The notes below the pieces were generated by a model, which ran no database searches, was not told where the DNA came from, and saw only the letters and a list, made by a program, of their open reading frames with translations. A stretch of 63,976 bases of DNA, counting the filler, from Stramenopiles sp. TOSAG23-3 (taxonomy: Eukaryota): assembly GCA_900128585.1 (NCBI GenBank). It is 5 parts of 5 records of this genome, joined end to end, with 100 filler letters (N's around TTAATTAATTAA, not from the genome) between each part and the next. Parts side by side here need not be neighbours in the genome. Positions count along the whole stretch, not along the records: positions 25,947 to 38,780 come from LT642662.1; positions 38,881 to 51,665 come from LT642663.1; 3 more parts are not named here. One strand, given 5' to 3'. Position 1 is the stretch's first letter. The number at the start of each line of letters is the position of its first letter. Shown here piece by piece: positions 34,226-44,674 of this stretch. The translations under genes were made by a program, and so were the position numbers.

Positions 34226-36433
34226 ATGACAGTAAAGGTCTCAGTAAGCAAAGATACTTTCAAGTATAACGGGAAAATTCGCACTATTGGAAAATTGCAT
34301 CGTGATGTTGAAGGCGCGAAAAGATTGTTTGTAAAGATGAAAGAAAATAACGTTGTTACCGACTCTGTGACATACAGCATTATGATTGATGTGGTTGGAA
34401 AGGTTGGCCGCGATGTCGATGGTGCCAAAAACTTGTTTGCCGAGATGAAGGAAAAAAACATAATTGCCAATGCTATTACTTACAGCACAATGATTTATGT
34501 CATTGGAAAGGTAGGTCGTGACGTTTGTGGTGCTCGAAAGTTGTTTGACGAAATGAATGAAAAGAATATTAATAAGGATACCATCACGTACAGCACGATT
34601 ATTGATGTGGTCGGACAAAGTGGTAGGGACGTCAATGGTGCCCAGGCACTGTTTGAAGAGCTGAAAGAATCTAACCTAAAAATCGACACTTACACCTACA
34701 ACACACTCATCAATATTGTTGGGACAATTGGCCATGACGCTCCCGGTGCCCAAAAATTATTTGAAGAAATGAAGAGAAAGAACGTCGCGCCTGATACTTA
34801 CACATACAACACAATGATTGAAGTGATCGGGAAGATTTTTCGTGACGTCAGTGGCGCTCAAAGATTGTTTGTTGAAATGAATGAAAAGCGTATTGACAAG
34901 GACACCATCACGTACAGCACAATGATTGATGTGGTTGGAAAGATTGGTCGTGACGTTACCGGTGCCAAAAGTTTATTTGCCGAGATGAAGGAGAAAGGTA
35001 TTGATATCAATACTGTCACATACAACACCCTAATGGACGTGATTGGAAAAATCGGTCGTGACGTCGGTGGTGTTCGAAGGCTTTTTGCTGAGATGAAGGA
35101 TAGAAACGTTCGCAAAGACATATTCACGTACCATTCAATGATTGACGTTGTTGGAAAAATGGGCCGCGATGTTACCTGCGTTCGAAGACTGTTTGCAGAA
35201 ATGAAAGAAAATAAAGTTCGAATAGACGAAAAATTGTACACTGCTATGATTGATGTGGTCGGGAAAATAGATCATGATGTTTTCTTCGCCCAAGTGCTAT
35301 TTGCAGAGATGGAAGAAATGAATATTAAGAAGGATACGTTCGTATACAGTACCATGATCGATGTGGTTGGAAAAATTGGCCGCGACGTCAATGGCGCCCA
35401 TAAATTATTTGCAGAGATGGGCGAAAAGAACATAAAGAAGGACACAGTTACTTATAATACTATGATTGATATAGTCGGAAAAGTTAGTCGTGACATTAAC
35501 GGCGCTCTGACGCTGTTCGCAGAGATGAAGGAAAATAATATTAATGTCAACACCGTTACTTACAATACAATGATTGATATTGTCGCTAAAATTGGCGGCA
35601 ACGTAGATGGCGCCCGAGAGCTGTTTGCAGAAATGAACGAAAAGAACATCGATATTAATACAAGGACATACAATATAATGATGAATGCAGAAAAATGTTT
35701 CACGCAGAATGTAGCTCGTCTGTTTGAGCAAATGCAAACCTCATCTATTCCTCGCAGCAGCCATACCTACGTCGCAGCATTATCAGCAAGAAACAAACCC
35801 TTGGCGCTCGCTGTATTCCAAGACATGGTCGATACAAAGCCGTTCATCAATGGCAAGGGGTGGAGTATTATTGTTGGCCTGCTTCGGCAAGTCTTAGGTG
35901 TTGAGATGTTCCAGAGCTTATTTGACAAGCATAGGTTCAAAAAGGAGTCTCCTCCCAGGCAAGGCTCTCAAAGGACTGCATGGGGAAGATCTGACAGTGG
36001 CAACGGCCGCACTACTCACAACGGAAGAGGTAATCATAATTGCCAAGAAAGAACCAATCATGGAGGTAGTAGGAGCAATTATCAAGGCTCGGGGGGAATG
36101 GAGAGAGGGCGCTACAGCACAAGTGCTCAAGGAGGTAGGAGAATCCCCATTCGTGGAAATTCAAGATGGGACGCTCTTTGCCCAAAAGACCGTAGTGCAT
36201 CATCCAATCACAGAAATTCAAGATGGCGTAATTCTCAAAGTCACGGAGACTTTAGACGTGTCACTGACAGAACCAGCCGTGACTTCAGAAGAGCTAAAAA
36301 AAGCCACGAGGGAAGCTACAATACATACTTTCGAGGGCACAGCGAATCGTCTTTTAGAGGAAATACAGATTGTCGTAATAGCCGTGAAAATGAGGGGAAT
36401 TCTCGAAGTGACAGCACGAATGGCAAGCGCTAA
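34226..36433 (+). CDS. Pentatricopeptide-repeat-like protein with 13 tandem 36-aa repeats and an R/G/S/N-rich tail
   Basis: 735 aa; repeat consensus DTxTY(N/S)TMIDVVGKIGRDVxGAxxLFAEMKEKNIxx. Confidence 0.9.
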   Translation: MTVKVSVSKDTFKYNGKIRTIGKLHRDVEGAKRLFVKMKENNVVTDSVTYSIMIDVVGKVGRDVDGAKNLFAEMKEKNIIANAITYSTMIYVIGKVGRDVCGARKLFDEMNEKNINKDTITYSTIIDVVGQSGRDVNGAQALFEELKESNLKIDTYTYNTLINIVGTIGHDAPGAQKLFEEMKRKNVAPDTYTYNTMIEVIGKIFRDVSGAQRLFVEMNEKRIDKDTITYSTMIDVVGKIGRDVTGAKSLFAEMKEKGIDINTVTYNTLMDVIGKIGRDVGGVRRLFAEMKDRNVRKDIFTYHSMIDVVGKMGRDVTCVRRLFAEMKENKVRIDEKLYTAMIDVVGKIDHDVFFAQVLFAEMEEMNIKKDTFVYSTMIDVVGKIGRDVNGAHKLFAEMGEKNIKKDTVTYNTMIDIVGKVSRDINGALTLFAEMKENNINVNTVTYNTMIDIVAKIGGNVDGARELFAEMNEKNIDINTRTYNIMMNAEKCFTQNVARLFEQMQTSSIPRSSHTYVAALSARNKPLALAVFQDMVDTKPFINGKGWSIIVGLLRQVLGVEMFQSLFDKHRFKKESPPRQGSQRTAWGRSDSGNGRTTHNGRGNHNCQERTNHGGSRSNYQGSGGMERGRYSTSAQGGRRIPIRGNSRWDALCPKDRSASSNHRNSRWRNSQSHGDFRRVTDRTSRDFRRAKKSHEGSYNTYFRGHSESSFRGNTDCRNSRENEGNSRSDSTNGKR

Positions 36434-36751
36434 GTATAGAATTAAAAAGAAAATTGCTGCTCAACTCCTATGTTCGGAATTTTGTAAAAAAACTAGCAGG
36501 GAGTTAGTGTTACAAATTTATATAAGCTAAGCATACTTTTTATATTTTTTTTTTAAGTGTGAGCGTCTTAAAACAAATGACACCTTCTTTTTTTCTTTAA
36601 TTTATATTTTAATTAACAGCCAATTTCTTATAAAGTATTTTAGATTAGGTGCAAGGTTTTTACACCTGGGATGATATTATATGATACAGGGAACGGGTAT
36701 CATACAGGTATTTTTACAGGTACCTGGTAGTACCGTTATTTGATTACATCA

Positions 36752-37615
36752 TCAGTCAACCTCGAGCTCCCCCCATGCTTCATCCCAGTCTCGCTCGCCT
36801 GCCAATAAGACCAAGGACTCCAACTTTGACCCCAGGCTACCATTCTCGGTGATGATGCTTTTCAGGCAGTGGCCATCGTCGCACTCCACCAACTTCGTCA
36901 AGGCCTTTGCTTTCGTTCTCTCAGCATCGCCCTTCAGCGCGCCTACTAACTTTCTTGATATATCAATCTCCACGACGCTATCTTTTGTCCCGTGTACAAT
37001 AACAATCGGCACTGTTCTAGGGAGCGGTTTCGTCTCCAAAAGGCTTTTGTAATACTCTGGCGCAACGTCGACCGGTGGGGCACACAGTACACACGGCACT
37101 TTGAAGTGTCCCTCCATCAGCGACAAAAATGCTACAGCCCCACCGAACGAGGAAGCGACGATTACGTCTGGCTCGTACTTTTTGACGGCCTTTGCCTGAA
37201 TTTCCATACATGAACGTAGGACAGACTCGGGGACAGAGTTGCGCAGACCATTGACCAACGAAAAGATCGTTCCCAATTGCACGTAACAGAAGCAACACAA
37301 AAGGGTCATTGTTCCTGTCAAGATTGCGATAGAATCTCTTACACTACCTTTCGTGTGCTCGGCCCAAACGCCACGGGAGTGGTTGATCGCCAAGAGGAAA
37401 GACAGCGACATCATTATGACAACGTAAAAATCCGCCTGCTTCACCAAGTGCTTCAGAAATGAATTCGAACCGCACGTCAAAACACCAGTCTGCATAGGAA
37501 CCGACTTTACAGTTTTAAATTTTTTACATAAATGTTTGTACTTGTTACCGTACGGGGTGCTCTCGAACAAGCCGTGCATGAACAGCACGACCAAATTGTG
37601 CTTCGTCGGGGGCAT
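36752..37615 (-). CDS. Alpha/beta hydrolase with internal hydrophobic hairpin
   Basis: 287 aa; FMHG, ASSFGG nucleophile elbow, VHGTKDSVV, DDGH. Confidence 0.8.
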   Translation of the reverse strand: MPPTKHNLVVLFMHGLFESTPYGNKYKHLCKKFKTVKSVPMQTGVLTCGSNSFLKHLVKQADFYVVIMMSLSFLLAINHSRGVWAEHTKGSVRDSIAILTGTMTLLCCFCYVQLGTIFSLVNGLRNSVPESVLRSCMEIQAKAVKKYEPDVIVASSFGGAVAFLSLMEGHFKVPCVLCAPPVDVAPEYYKSLLETKPLPRTVPIVIVHGTKDSVVEIDISRKLVGALKGDAERTKAKALTKLVECDDGHCLKSIITENGSLGSKLESLVLLAGERDWDEAWGELEVD

Positions 37616-38510
37616 TATTTAACGGAGTGTGTAGCGGGCGAAAAACGCTTTGCCTCTTTCGAAAGAGGGCAGTGCGTAGACATGTATATGGCAAGAATTG
37701 TGGGAACTGTGGAAAGGGTGGGATAATGAAATTGATTACAATTTAAAATGGTAATGGTATGGAATTATTTAATTTTAATCAATCGCCCACGTCCCACCAC
37801 CTACATCATTTTTTGTCGTCAGGAGGAGGAGGAGGACGACTGGACTACCTGGTACTAGTTCACGTTTTCTTCAGTGCTATTCAATGTATTATTGGAACTC
37901 GAAATTTTTTTGTTTTTCTTTGTTGTTATTTCACCTTCGTGTCATAGACTATCTTTTTCCTCGATGTTTTATAAAATATAGATGCTGTGTTGATATTATT
38001 GAAATATTGCCAAGAAGATAAAACAAAATCATCATCATCAACGAACATTAATTAGTAAAAAAAGGTTCTCATGATGGTCCACAGATAGACACACTTGTGA
38101 AAGGAAAGGAACCAAAAATAATACACTCTCTAGATATAAGTGATTAAAGGGGAAAAAAGTATATCATCAACACGGTATTAAACTTCCGTTCCTTGCTACT
38201 TTCAGGGGTACTCTTAAACCTGGCACAGGTACCAGGTACCAGGTACCAGTTCTGTTCAACCAAGGAAAGAACCGAGTACCGGTTCCTTACCAGTATTGTT
38301 CATTGGTGACTGTAAGACAAGTAGTCTCTCGGTTCTGCTTCTCCTTCGTCGTCGCAATAGTAAAGCTCCGGGTCACACTCTTCCTCTTTATATGGGGGGG
38401 GAGCACTCAGGCATCGTTGGAGCCACTTTTCGCCCTTGTGTCATGAAACTGTTGATGTCGTCTTCGCAGTCGTCACAGAGCTAGAAAGTGGTGGCGGCTG
38501 ACAGTCAGAT

Positions 38511-38780
38511 TCAGATTCGATTCAGTGGTGGGCGGGGTTCCTCGAAGCAGTATTCGCGTCGAGGGTCGCACTCTTCCTCTTCATTTGACTCTTCCTCTTC
38601 ATATGACTCTTCCTCGTCGTCGCAATAGTAAATCTCCGGGTCGCACTCTTCCTCTTCGTATGACTCTTCTTCGTCGTCGCAATAGTAAAGCTCCGGGTCA
38701 CACTCTTCCTCTTCATATGACTCTTCCTCGTCGTCGCAATAGTAAAGCTCCGGATCGCACTCTTCTTCTTCGTGCGACCC
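38511..38780 (-). CDS. 3' end of an acidic Cys/Tyr tandem-repeat protein (5'-truncated; absent from the ORF track)
   Basis: Frame from the gap reads GSH(EEEECDPELYYCDDEEESY)x3 EEEESNEEEECDPRREYCFEEPRPPLNRI*; 57-bp DNA unit. Confidence 0.55.
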   Translation of the reverse strand, partial: GSHEEEECDPELYYCDDEEESYEEEECDPELYYCDDEEESYEEEECDPEIYYCDDEEESYEEEESNEEEECDPRREYCFEEPRPPLNRI

Positions 38781-38880
38781 NNNNNNNNNNNNNNNNNNNN
38801 NNNNNNNNNNNNNNNNNNNNNNNNTTAATTAATTAANNNNNNNNNNNNNNNNNNNNNNNNNNNNNNNNNNNNNNNNNNNN
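38781..38880. other. Artificial contig-join spacer
   Basis: N44-TTAATTAATTAA-N44. Confidence 0.97.
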
Positions 38881-38882
38881 TG

Positions 38883-39338
38883 TTCTGGTTCACCGGTTTT
38901 ACGTACCCGACCGGTTTCCTCACTGCACTTTTGCAGACATGCGCACGAAAGACCGGAGAAGCGATTGACGCCCTTGGCTGGGAATTCAATGTTATTCCTC
39001 AGGAAGAGAATGGCATCAGTCAGTACCCGAAGGATGGAGCGTACATGAAAGGCATCTATCTTGAAGGTGCTCGATGGGACTATGAACACGGGTACCTTGC
39101 GGAGCCGCTTCCTATGGAACTGTTTTCTCCCATGCCGATAATTCATTTCAAACCGGCCATGGCAAAGAAGAAGGCCCCCCGAGGGACTTATTCATGCCCA
39201 ATGTACATGTACCCATTGCGGACAGGGACAAGAGAAAGGCCGTCTTTTGTATTGATGGTCCATTTGAAGTCTGGACAACAATCGTCTGACTTCTGGATTA
39301 AACGAGGCACAGCACTATTGCTGTCGCTCGCCGAGTAA
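38883..39338 (+). CDS. DNAH2: Axonemal dynein heavy chain C-terminus (DNAH2 / I1-beta-like), 5'-truncated
   Basis: FWFTGFTYPTGFLTALLQ...PKDGAYMKGIYLEGARWD...MPIIHFKP...YSCPMYMYP.R.G..ERPSFV...WIKRGTALLLSL*. The dynein call is firm; the paralogue assignment is less so. Confidence 0.8.
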   Translation, partial: FWFTGFTYPTGFLTALLQTCARKTGEAIDALGWEFNVIPQEENGISQYPKDGAYMKGIYLEGARWDYEHGYLAEPLPMELFSPMPIIHFKPAMAKKKAPRGTYSCPMYMYPLRTGTRERPSFVLMVHLKSGQQSSDFWIKRGTALLLSLAE

Positions 39339-39429
39339 ATTTCAGACACGAAACAAAATAATGTAAAAACGAATTAAAACCAAGTACTTACTATGTACAA
39401 TTTTTTAAAACCAACTACAAGCCCTGCTC

Positions 39430-39792
39430 TTATTTTTCAAGTAGATGTTTGGACACGCATTTTTCGTATTTATCGAAACGATCTTGGCATTTTTTCCAAT
39501 CGCTCTGGCTGAGTCCTTCATCCGAACACACGTCAAACAAGGAACGAATCAAAGAAATTTTACCGCAAGTCGCCACGAGACTTTTTTCTTGTTCCTTTCT
39601 TATCTTTCTGCACGACTCCACTTTTTCTGAAATTTCTAAACAATGCCCCTTTCCTTCTCTAGATACTCTCTCCCGGCATGATTGCAAGGCCACACGAAAA
39701 GCAAGACAGCTGCGGAATTTTTCTTCTATTGGTTGCAGGGTAATCCCATTTGTCGCGTCGCGGTGCACCGGAGGCGCATAAGGACACGACAT
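39430..39792 (-). CDS. Small CX9C-motif (CHCH-like) protein, probable mitochondrial intermembrane-space protein
   Basis: 120 aa with C-x9-C, C-x9-C, C-x12-C and C-x9-C. Confidence 0.6.
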   Translation of the reverse strand: MSCPYAPPVHRDATNGITLQPIEEKFRSCLAFRVALQSCRERVSREGKGHCLEISEKVESCRKIRKEQEKSLVATCGKISLIRSLFDVCSDEGLSQSDWKKCQDRFDKYEKCVSKHLLEK

Positions 39793-40675
39793 CGGAGGCG
39801 GTAACTGTTATTGTTAAACAAAAATAGGTAAATAGTTAATACTTCGTGTCTTTCCTACGCTCGGAGATTTTTTTCATAGGCCATTTTCAGTTGCTCAAAC
39901 AGAGAGGTGTGTAAAAAAAAAGTAGCAAGAAGAAAAGAAAAGACTTATATGCATTCATTCTGATGCGAGTGTGGATGAGGAGGTAAATAAAAAAAAAAGA
40001 AGAAAGATGAAGAAAAAAAAGAAAGAAGGACAGCCAGGTAGAATACCTTACCTAGGTAGAGTACCCAATAGACGATATGTCCTATTAATATATAGTACAA
40101 CTTACAATAATCTAATCGATGCCAAATATTAGTCTCCATTAATGCCTAAGTAGAGACTACTACACTGGTTCAAACAGTCGAAGTGTGCAAGTAAAAATTT
40201 GAATAGAAGACGTTATTATATTATTATTACGAATAAAAAATGTGACTGAAGAAACTCATAATAGTAGTTCATAGTCCAGTAGTAGTTCTATTACATTGTC
40301 ATTACATTTTCACCCGTTTATAGCTGCCTGTAGTAGTAGTATTATATTATAGTAAGACTGAAAAAAGAAGAATGCAGCAAACACAAACAAACCAAGCCCA
40401 GCTAATTAGACTAATAGCAGCAACGAGATGAGTTTTTTTTAAAACTCCGTCCGCCGTTTTCTTTGTGACTACTGCTTGAACTATAACTCCGCAGAATATC
40501 TTAACAAGAAAAAGCAGTGTTTTTGGTAAAGTCGCGGGTATGACTCTCTTGTTCGCTGATAGGGATTAAATTTGGGTATAAACTGTGGAAACGCACCATA
40601 TATTACCGAAAGCATAGTACAACGTTGGTTACGCGGAGGCCGGCATGGACTAACTTCTGCAAGTAAAGGGAAAAA

Positions 40676-43600
40676 ATGAAGGCATTCGTGCAACAGACAG
40701 TTGACGATCTGAAGTACAAAGCACAGGCGAAAAGGGAAGAATTTAATGAATGGCTGCAAAGTGAGAGAGTTCAAAAAAACCTTGTCAGAATAAAAGCGCA
40801 ATATGCAATTGCCAAGAAGAGAGCGAAAGTTCTTGCGGCAGATATCGAGAAGACGGAGCGGTACAAAAAATTCAGGGAAGGGGCTGCGCCACACTTGAAA
40901 AAAATCCAGCAAAAAGCAGCCGAACTGAAGAAGGTTTATGAAGAGAAACAAAAAGCCAGGCAACTCCAGGCTGAAATGAAAGAAGACACATTAACCGATA
41001 GAGAAGCTGACCAGGCGTTGTTTGATTTTCTGTCCGACAAGCGCTCTAAAGAAAGAAAGTTGAGAGCAAAGACAAAAGGAAAAGCGGACGCAATGAAATC
41101 CATCTTTCAGTGCATACAGGAAGGCAACATTGAAGGCGTGGAACGCTGTTTAGGGGAGGATGATAGCCCGGCATATGATGAGAATGGGTTCACACCACTT
41201 CACTGTGCTGCAAACTACAACAAATTGGAAATTTTAAAGCTCTTCATTGAAATGTCACACGCAAGCGTTGATGATAAAGACCGGTTCGCATGCACAGCGT
41301 TGCATCGGGCTGCTTGGAACGGCCACATCAACATTGTGAAATATTTAGTCGTCCACGCGGAAGCCGAGTTCCAGGCAACAAATTTTTGGGGAAACACGCC
41401 GTTTCACTACGCGTGCGAATACGGGCATTTTGAAATTGCACAATTTTTGCTCATGAAAGGCACCGATGTTATATGCACAAACGACGAAGGCAAAACTGGC
41501 TACGAAGTCATTTGCAAGAGAATGAGAGGAAAAGATAAATTAGAACGCATCGAGAAGTTTCGAAACGGACTTATGGAGCACGTTGACTTATGCCTTGTTG
41601 AAATGGAGGCCACGTACGGAAACCACCCAAAAGGGTCAGTCGAGGCCACGTCGGAACAAGTACGCCTGGACATTGTTGATCGCATTAAAAAACAGCACGA
41701 GGAATGGCTTCGGAGTTTTGATGAGCCAGAGGTAGAAGCCGATGAAATCGGTCCTGCACTGATCAAAGCAGCAAAAGAGGGTAGCATAAAATGGATTGAC
41801 GACCAACTTGCAAAGCCAGACGTGAGGGATGCGGCAACAGATTATAGGGACGACGATACAGGTCGCTCTCTATTGCACATTGCAGTATTGCACGATGATG
41901 AAGACTTCTTAGAAATACTGCAAGACTCCACCAGTTTGGAACCCAACGATAAAGATGATGAAGGGCGGACGTGTTTGCACTTGGCAGTTATGAGAGGGCT
42001 TGTCGACATGGCCGATCTTATGATAGAAGCCGTGGACGACGATGGAGATGGGATGGAGGACTTGATTGCAGAGAAAGATGGTAATGGGCGAACGGCCATG
42101 GATTTAATTTGTTTTGAGTACGAAGAGGAAGATAAGGAAATGGTAAGAGCAGAACTAGAGTACTTGTTAGACCCCGACAAAGCTCAAAAAGAGGCGGATG
42201 AAGATGAGATTATAAGGCGCTTTCAGGAACAAGTGAAGCTCGCAAAGTTTTACAAGGCCTCCCATATTAAGTACCCAAAGTGGATAATGGAGCATAAGGC
42301 TGACATAAATGCAAAGTTAACGGGGAAATGGTTGGCGAGAAAAAAAAGACAAGAGGCCGAGGAAGCAAGACGAATCAGAGACGACAGGCGAGCAAAAGAA
42401 AAATCAGAGAGGGATGCGTTTTTAAAAGATTTAAACGGTGCTGTTACAGGCACAAAATATAGGCTTTTACGAGGTAGGGAAAAGCTGCAGCTGCGCGTTG
42501 CCCGGAGAGTAACTCGGCTCAGAAAGGTTATGAAAGTTATCAATGCGGATATCGAAGCGGTCGAATTCGTCAACCAGCAAGCCAATGGGTTTGAAAATGC
42601 GATTGACCCCCGTATGGAACACTGGCTTTACCCTACGGAATCCAATCGACGAGGGGCCCGCGACGGCGCGATCGATTTATGGCATGAGAATCTTGAAACC
42701 AGTCAGAAAGCAATCTCGAAGGTTTGGTCGGAATACGACGAAAGGGTAGAGAAGATGGAAACGGCTGCTGTCGAAACTTCAGGGAACATGCAACTTCAGG
42801 CGAAAATTAAAGCAATCACTTCTCAAGCAAGGGTTCGCAACGAGACAAGACGAAAGGAGATACAAGATTTGGACAATTCAATGGTAATCGACCGGTTAAT
42901 GATTATAACCGAACGGGAGAAAATGGAACAGATCAGGGATAATCAAACACCGAGGTCTAGAAGAGAATCCATGCGCCACTACAAAAGAATAAAGTACGAA
43001 CTCGACACTCGAGAGAAAAAGCTGTTGTCGGAAAAGGGTATACTGAGCACTAGTGGTATCGTAGAACAAAAGCGTGTGGCAAAGATGCAGTTTCAAGAGA
43101 GCAATCGTGGTGCGCTTCGTAGACTGAAACGAAAAACCCAGTTGATATGGAGGGATGCAAAATACGCGTACCTAAAGCACCAAGACAACCTGAAGGATTA
43201 TGACAAAGAGACGAAAGAAATGGAAGAGCAATTGGGGCTCGAAAAGACGATTGTCGAAAAGAATCAAGCTCCATTGTTGTGGAGGCGTGCCCAAAGGGAA
43301 AAATGCGTTGAAATAAAGGAGGAGTTGGAGAGAAGGGCGCATTACCGTGAAAGTTTTGCCATGCGATTCGAAGATATTACCAGCCATTACGATCAAAGAA
43401 TTTCGCTCAGAGAGCAGGCATACAGAGCCAAGCGCATAAAGCGCACAAAAAAATATAGAAAAGTAGTCAAGACCCTTCGGAAAGCTTACTTTGAGCAAGG
43501 CGGGAACGACATTTTTGAAGAGGATCGCGATTTCGACACCGAGAAAGACGGGAGCAGCGAGTCTTCCGACAGTTCTGACAGCTCCGACTCCGGATCTGAC

Positions 43601-43852
43601 GGGTCGTCTGGTACTAGCGATTCAGCAGACAGCGAAGACGACACGGAAGACAACTCGAGCGCCGAGGAAGGGTCTGGTTCAAAAGCAAGGGAAAGCAGTT
43701 TGGGCGAAGATGCAGCGTCGAAGAACATGGAGGAAGATAGCGATGTTGAAGGAAAAAATGGGGGGGGAGAAAAAGAAAACGACGACGACGGTAGCAGTAC
43801 CGATAGTAGCGAAAGTGGCAGCGAACAGGGCTCCTCGGGGGATGCATCGTAG
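40676..43852 (+). CDS. Ankyrin-repeat and coiled-coil protein with acidic Ser-rich tail
   Basis: 1058 aa; GFTPLHCAA, TALHRAA, GNTPFHYAC, GRSLLHIAV and GRTCLHLAV in two ANK blocks. Confidence 0.88.
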   Translation: MKAFVQQTVDDLKYKAQAKREEFNEWLQSERVQKNLVRIKAQYAIAKKRAKVLAADIEKTERYKKFREGAAPHLKKIQQKAAELKKVYEEKQKARQLQAEMKEDTLTDREADQALFDFLSDKRSKERKLRAKTKGKADAMKSIFQCIQEGNIEGVERCLGEDDSPAYDENGFTPLHCAANYNKLEILKLFIEMSHASVDDKDRFACTALHRAAWNGHINIVKYLVVHAEAEFQATNFWGNTPFHYACEYGHFEIAQFLLMKGTDVICTNDEGKTGYEVICKRMRGKDKLERIEKFRNGLMEHVDLCLVEMEATYGNHPKGSVEATSEQVRLDIVDRIKKQHEEWLRSFDEPEVEADEIGPALIKAAKEGSIKWIDDQLAKPDVRDAATDYRDDDTGRSLLHIAVLHDDEDFLEILQDSTSLEPNDKDDEGRTCLHLAVMRGLVDMADLMIEAVDDDGDGMEDLIAEKDGNGRTAMDLICFEYEEEDKEMVRAELEYLLDPDKAQKEADEDEIIRRFQEQVKLAKFYKASHIKYPKWIMEHKADINAKLTGKWLARKKRQEAEEARRIRDDRRAKEKSERDAFLKDLNGAVTGTKYRLLRGREKLQLRVARRVTRLRKVMKVINADIEAVEFVNQQANGFENAIDPRMEHWLYPTESNRRGARDGAIDLWHENLETSQKAISKVWSEYDERVEKMETAAVETSGNMQLQAKIKAITSQARVRNETRRKEIQDLDNSMVIDRLMIITEREKMEQIRDNQTPRSRRESMRHYKRIKYELDTREKKLLSEKGILSTSGIVEQKRVAKMQFQESNRGALRRLKRKTQLIWRDAKYAYLKHQDNLKDYDKETKEMEEQLGLEKTIVEKNQAPLLWRRAQREKCVEIKEELERRAHYRESFAMRFEDITSHYDQRISLREQAYRAKRIKRTKKYRKVVKTLRKAYFEQGGNDIFEEDRDFDTEKDGSSESSDSSDSSDSGSDGSSGTSDSADSEDDTEDNSSAEEGSGSKARESSLGEDAASKNMEEDSDVEGKNGGGEKENDDDGSSTDSSESGSEQGSSGDAS

Positions 43853-44227
43853 CGGTAAGATAGGAAATTTAACAATTAATTAAGTATATATTCAAGATAT
43901 ATATTTTTATTAATCGTTTTATTATGATGGGTTGAAAATGAATGGCAGCGAAATGATCAGAGGAGCATCCATGAAAAAAATAATTTTAATACCAACTAAA
44001 TAGCACAGCTCAACAAGAGTGTACTCCTCTCAAAATTGTAACAGGTGTATAGCACCATTAATTACGACGTCGTATAGAGATAAAAAAACATAACCATTAA
44101 TAATATGCACACACCATCAAGAATTGAGACAACTTATTTTCTGTAGTTGTTTATTTTGGTAAAAAAAAAAGACAAATGCAACTTTTAAAAAGAATTACAA
44201 AGACACAGCACAGCATTAAGCTTAGCA

Positions 44228-44320
44228 GAAAGAAAGAAAGAAAGAAAGAAAAAAAAAGGAAGGGTATCCTGAGAGGAACCATCAGCCACCAAATACAAAC
44301 AACAAAGAAAGAAAGAAGAA

Positions 44321-44401
<81 letters not shown>

Positions 44402-44412
44402 GAAAGAAGAAA
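44228..44412. repeat. (GAAA)n microsatellite tract
   Basis: Direct reading. Confidence 0.9.
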
Positions 44413-44674
44413 AAAATAATAATAAATATTTTATTATTCACCTGCCTGCGTACTCTGTGTAAATAAAAAAAAAGTGATGATGATGATGAGTGGTCTTGAT
44501 ATAGCAAAGAAACAACAGAAATACTCCACACAGTTCGTTTGTTAATTGTGACTTGATTCAAATGAATCCATAAAGTTATCTTGTTTCTTTTCTAAACTAA
44601 TAGAATTCGGAAAAGAAAAGACCAAGAACATTTCAAGAATTCATCAGATCAGTTATATTTAACAAATAATAAAT

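Noticed and set aside
38560-38780. 57-bp repeats as a CRISPR array
   Set aside because: Contiguous tandem units without unique spacers, eukaryotic context and no cas genes
12987-39338. Two dynein fragments as parts of one gene
   Set aside because: Different contigs and strands; one looks DNAH1-like, the other DNAH2-like
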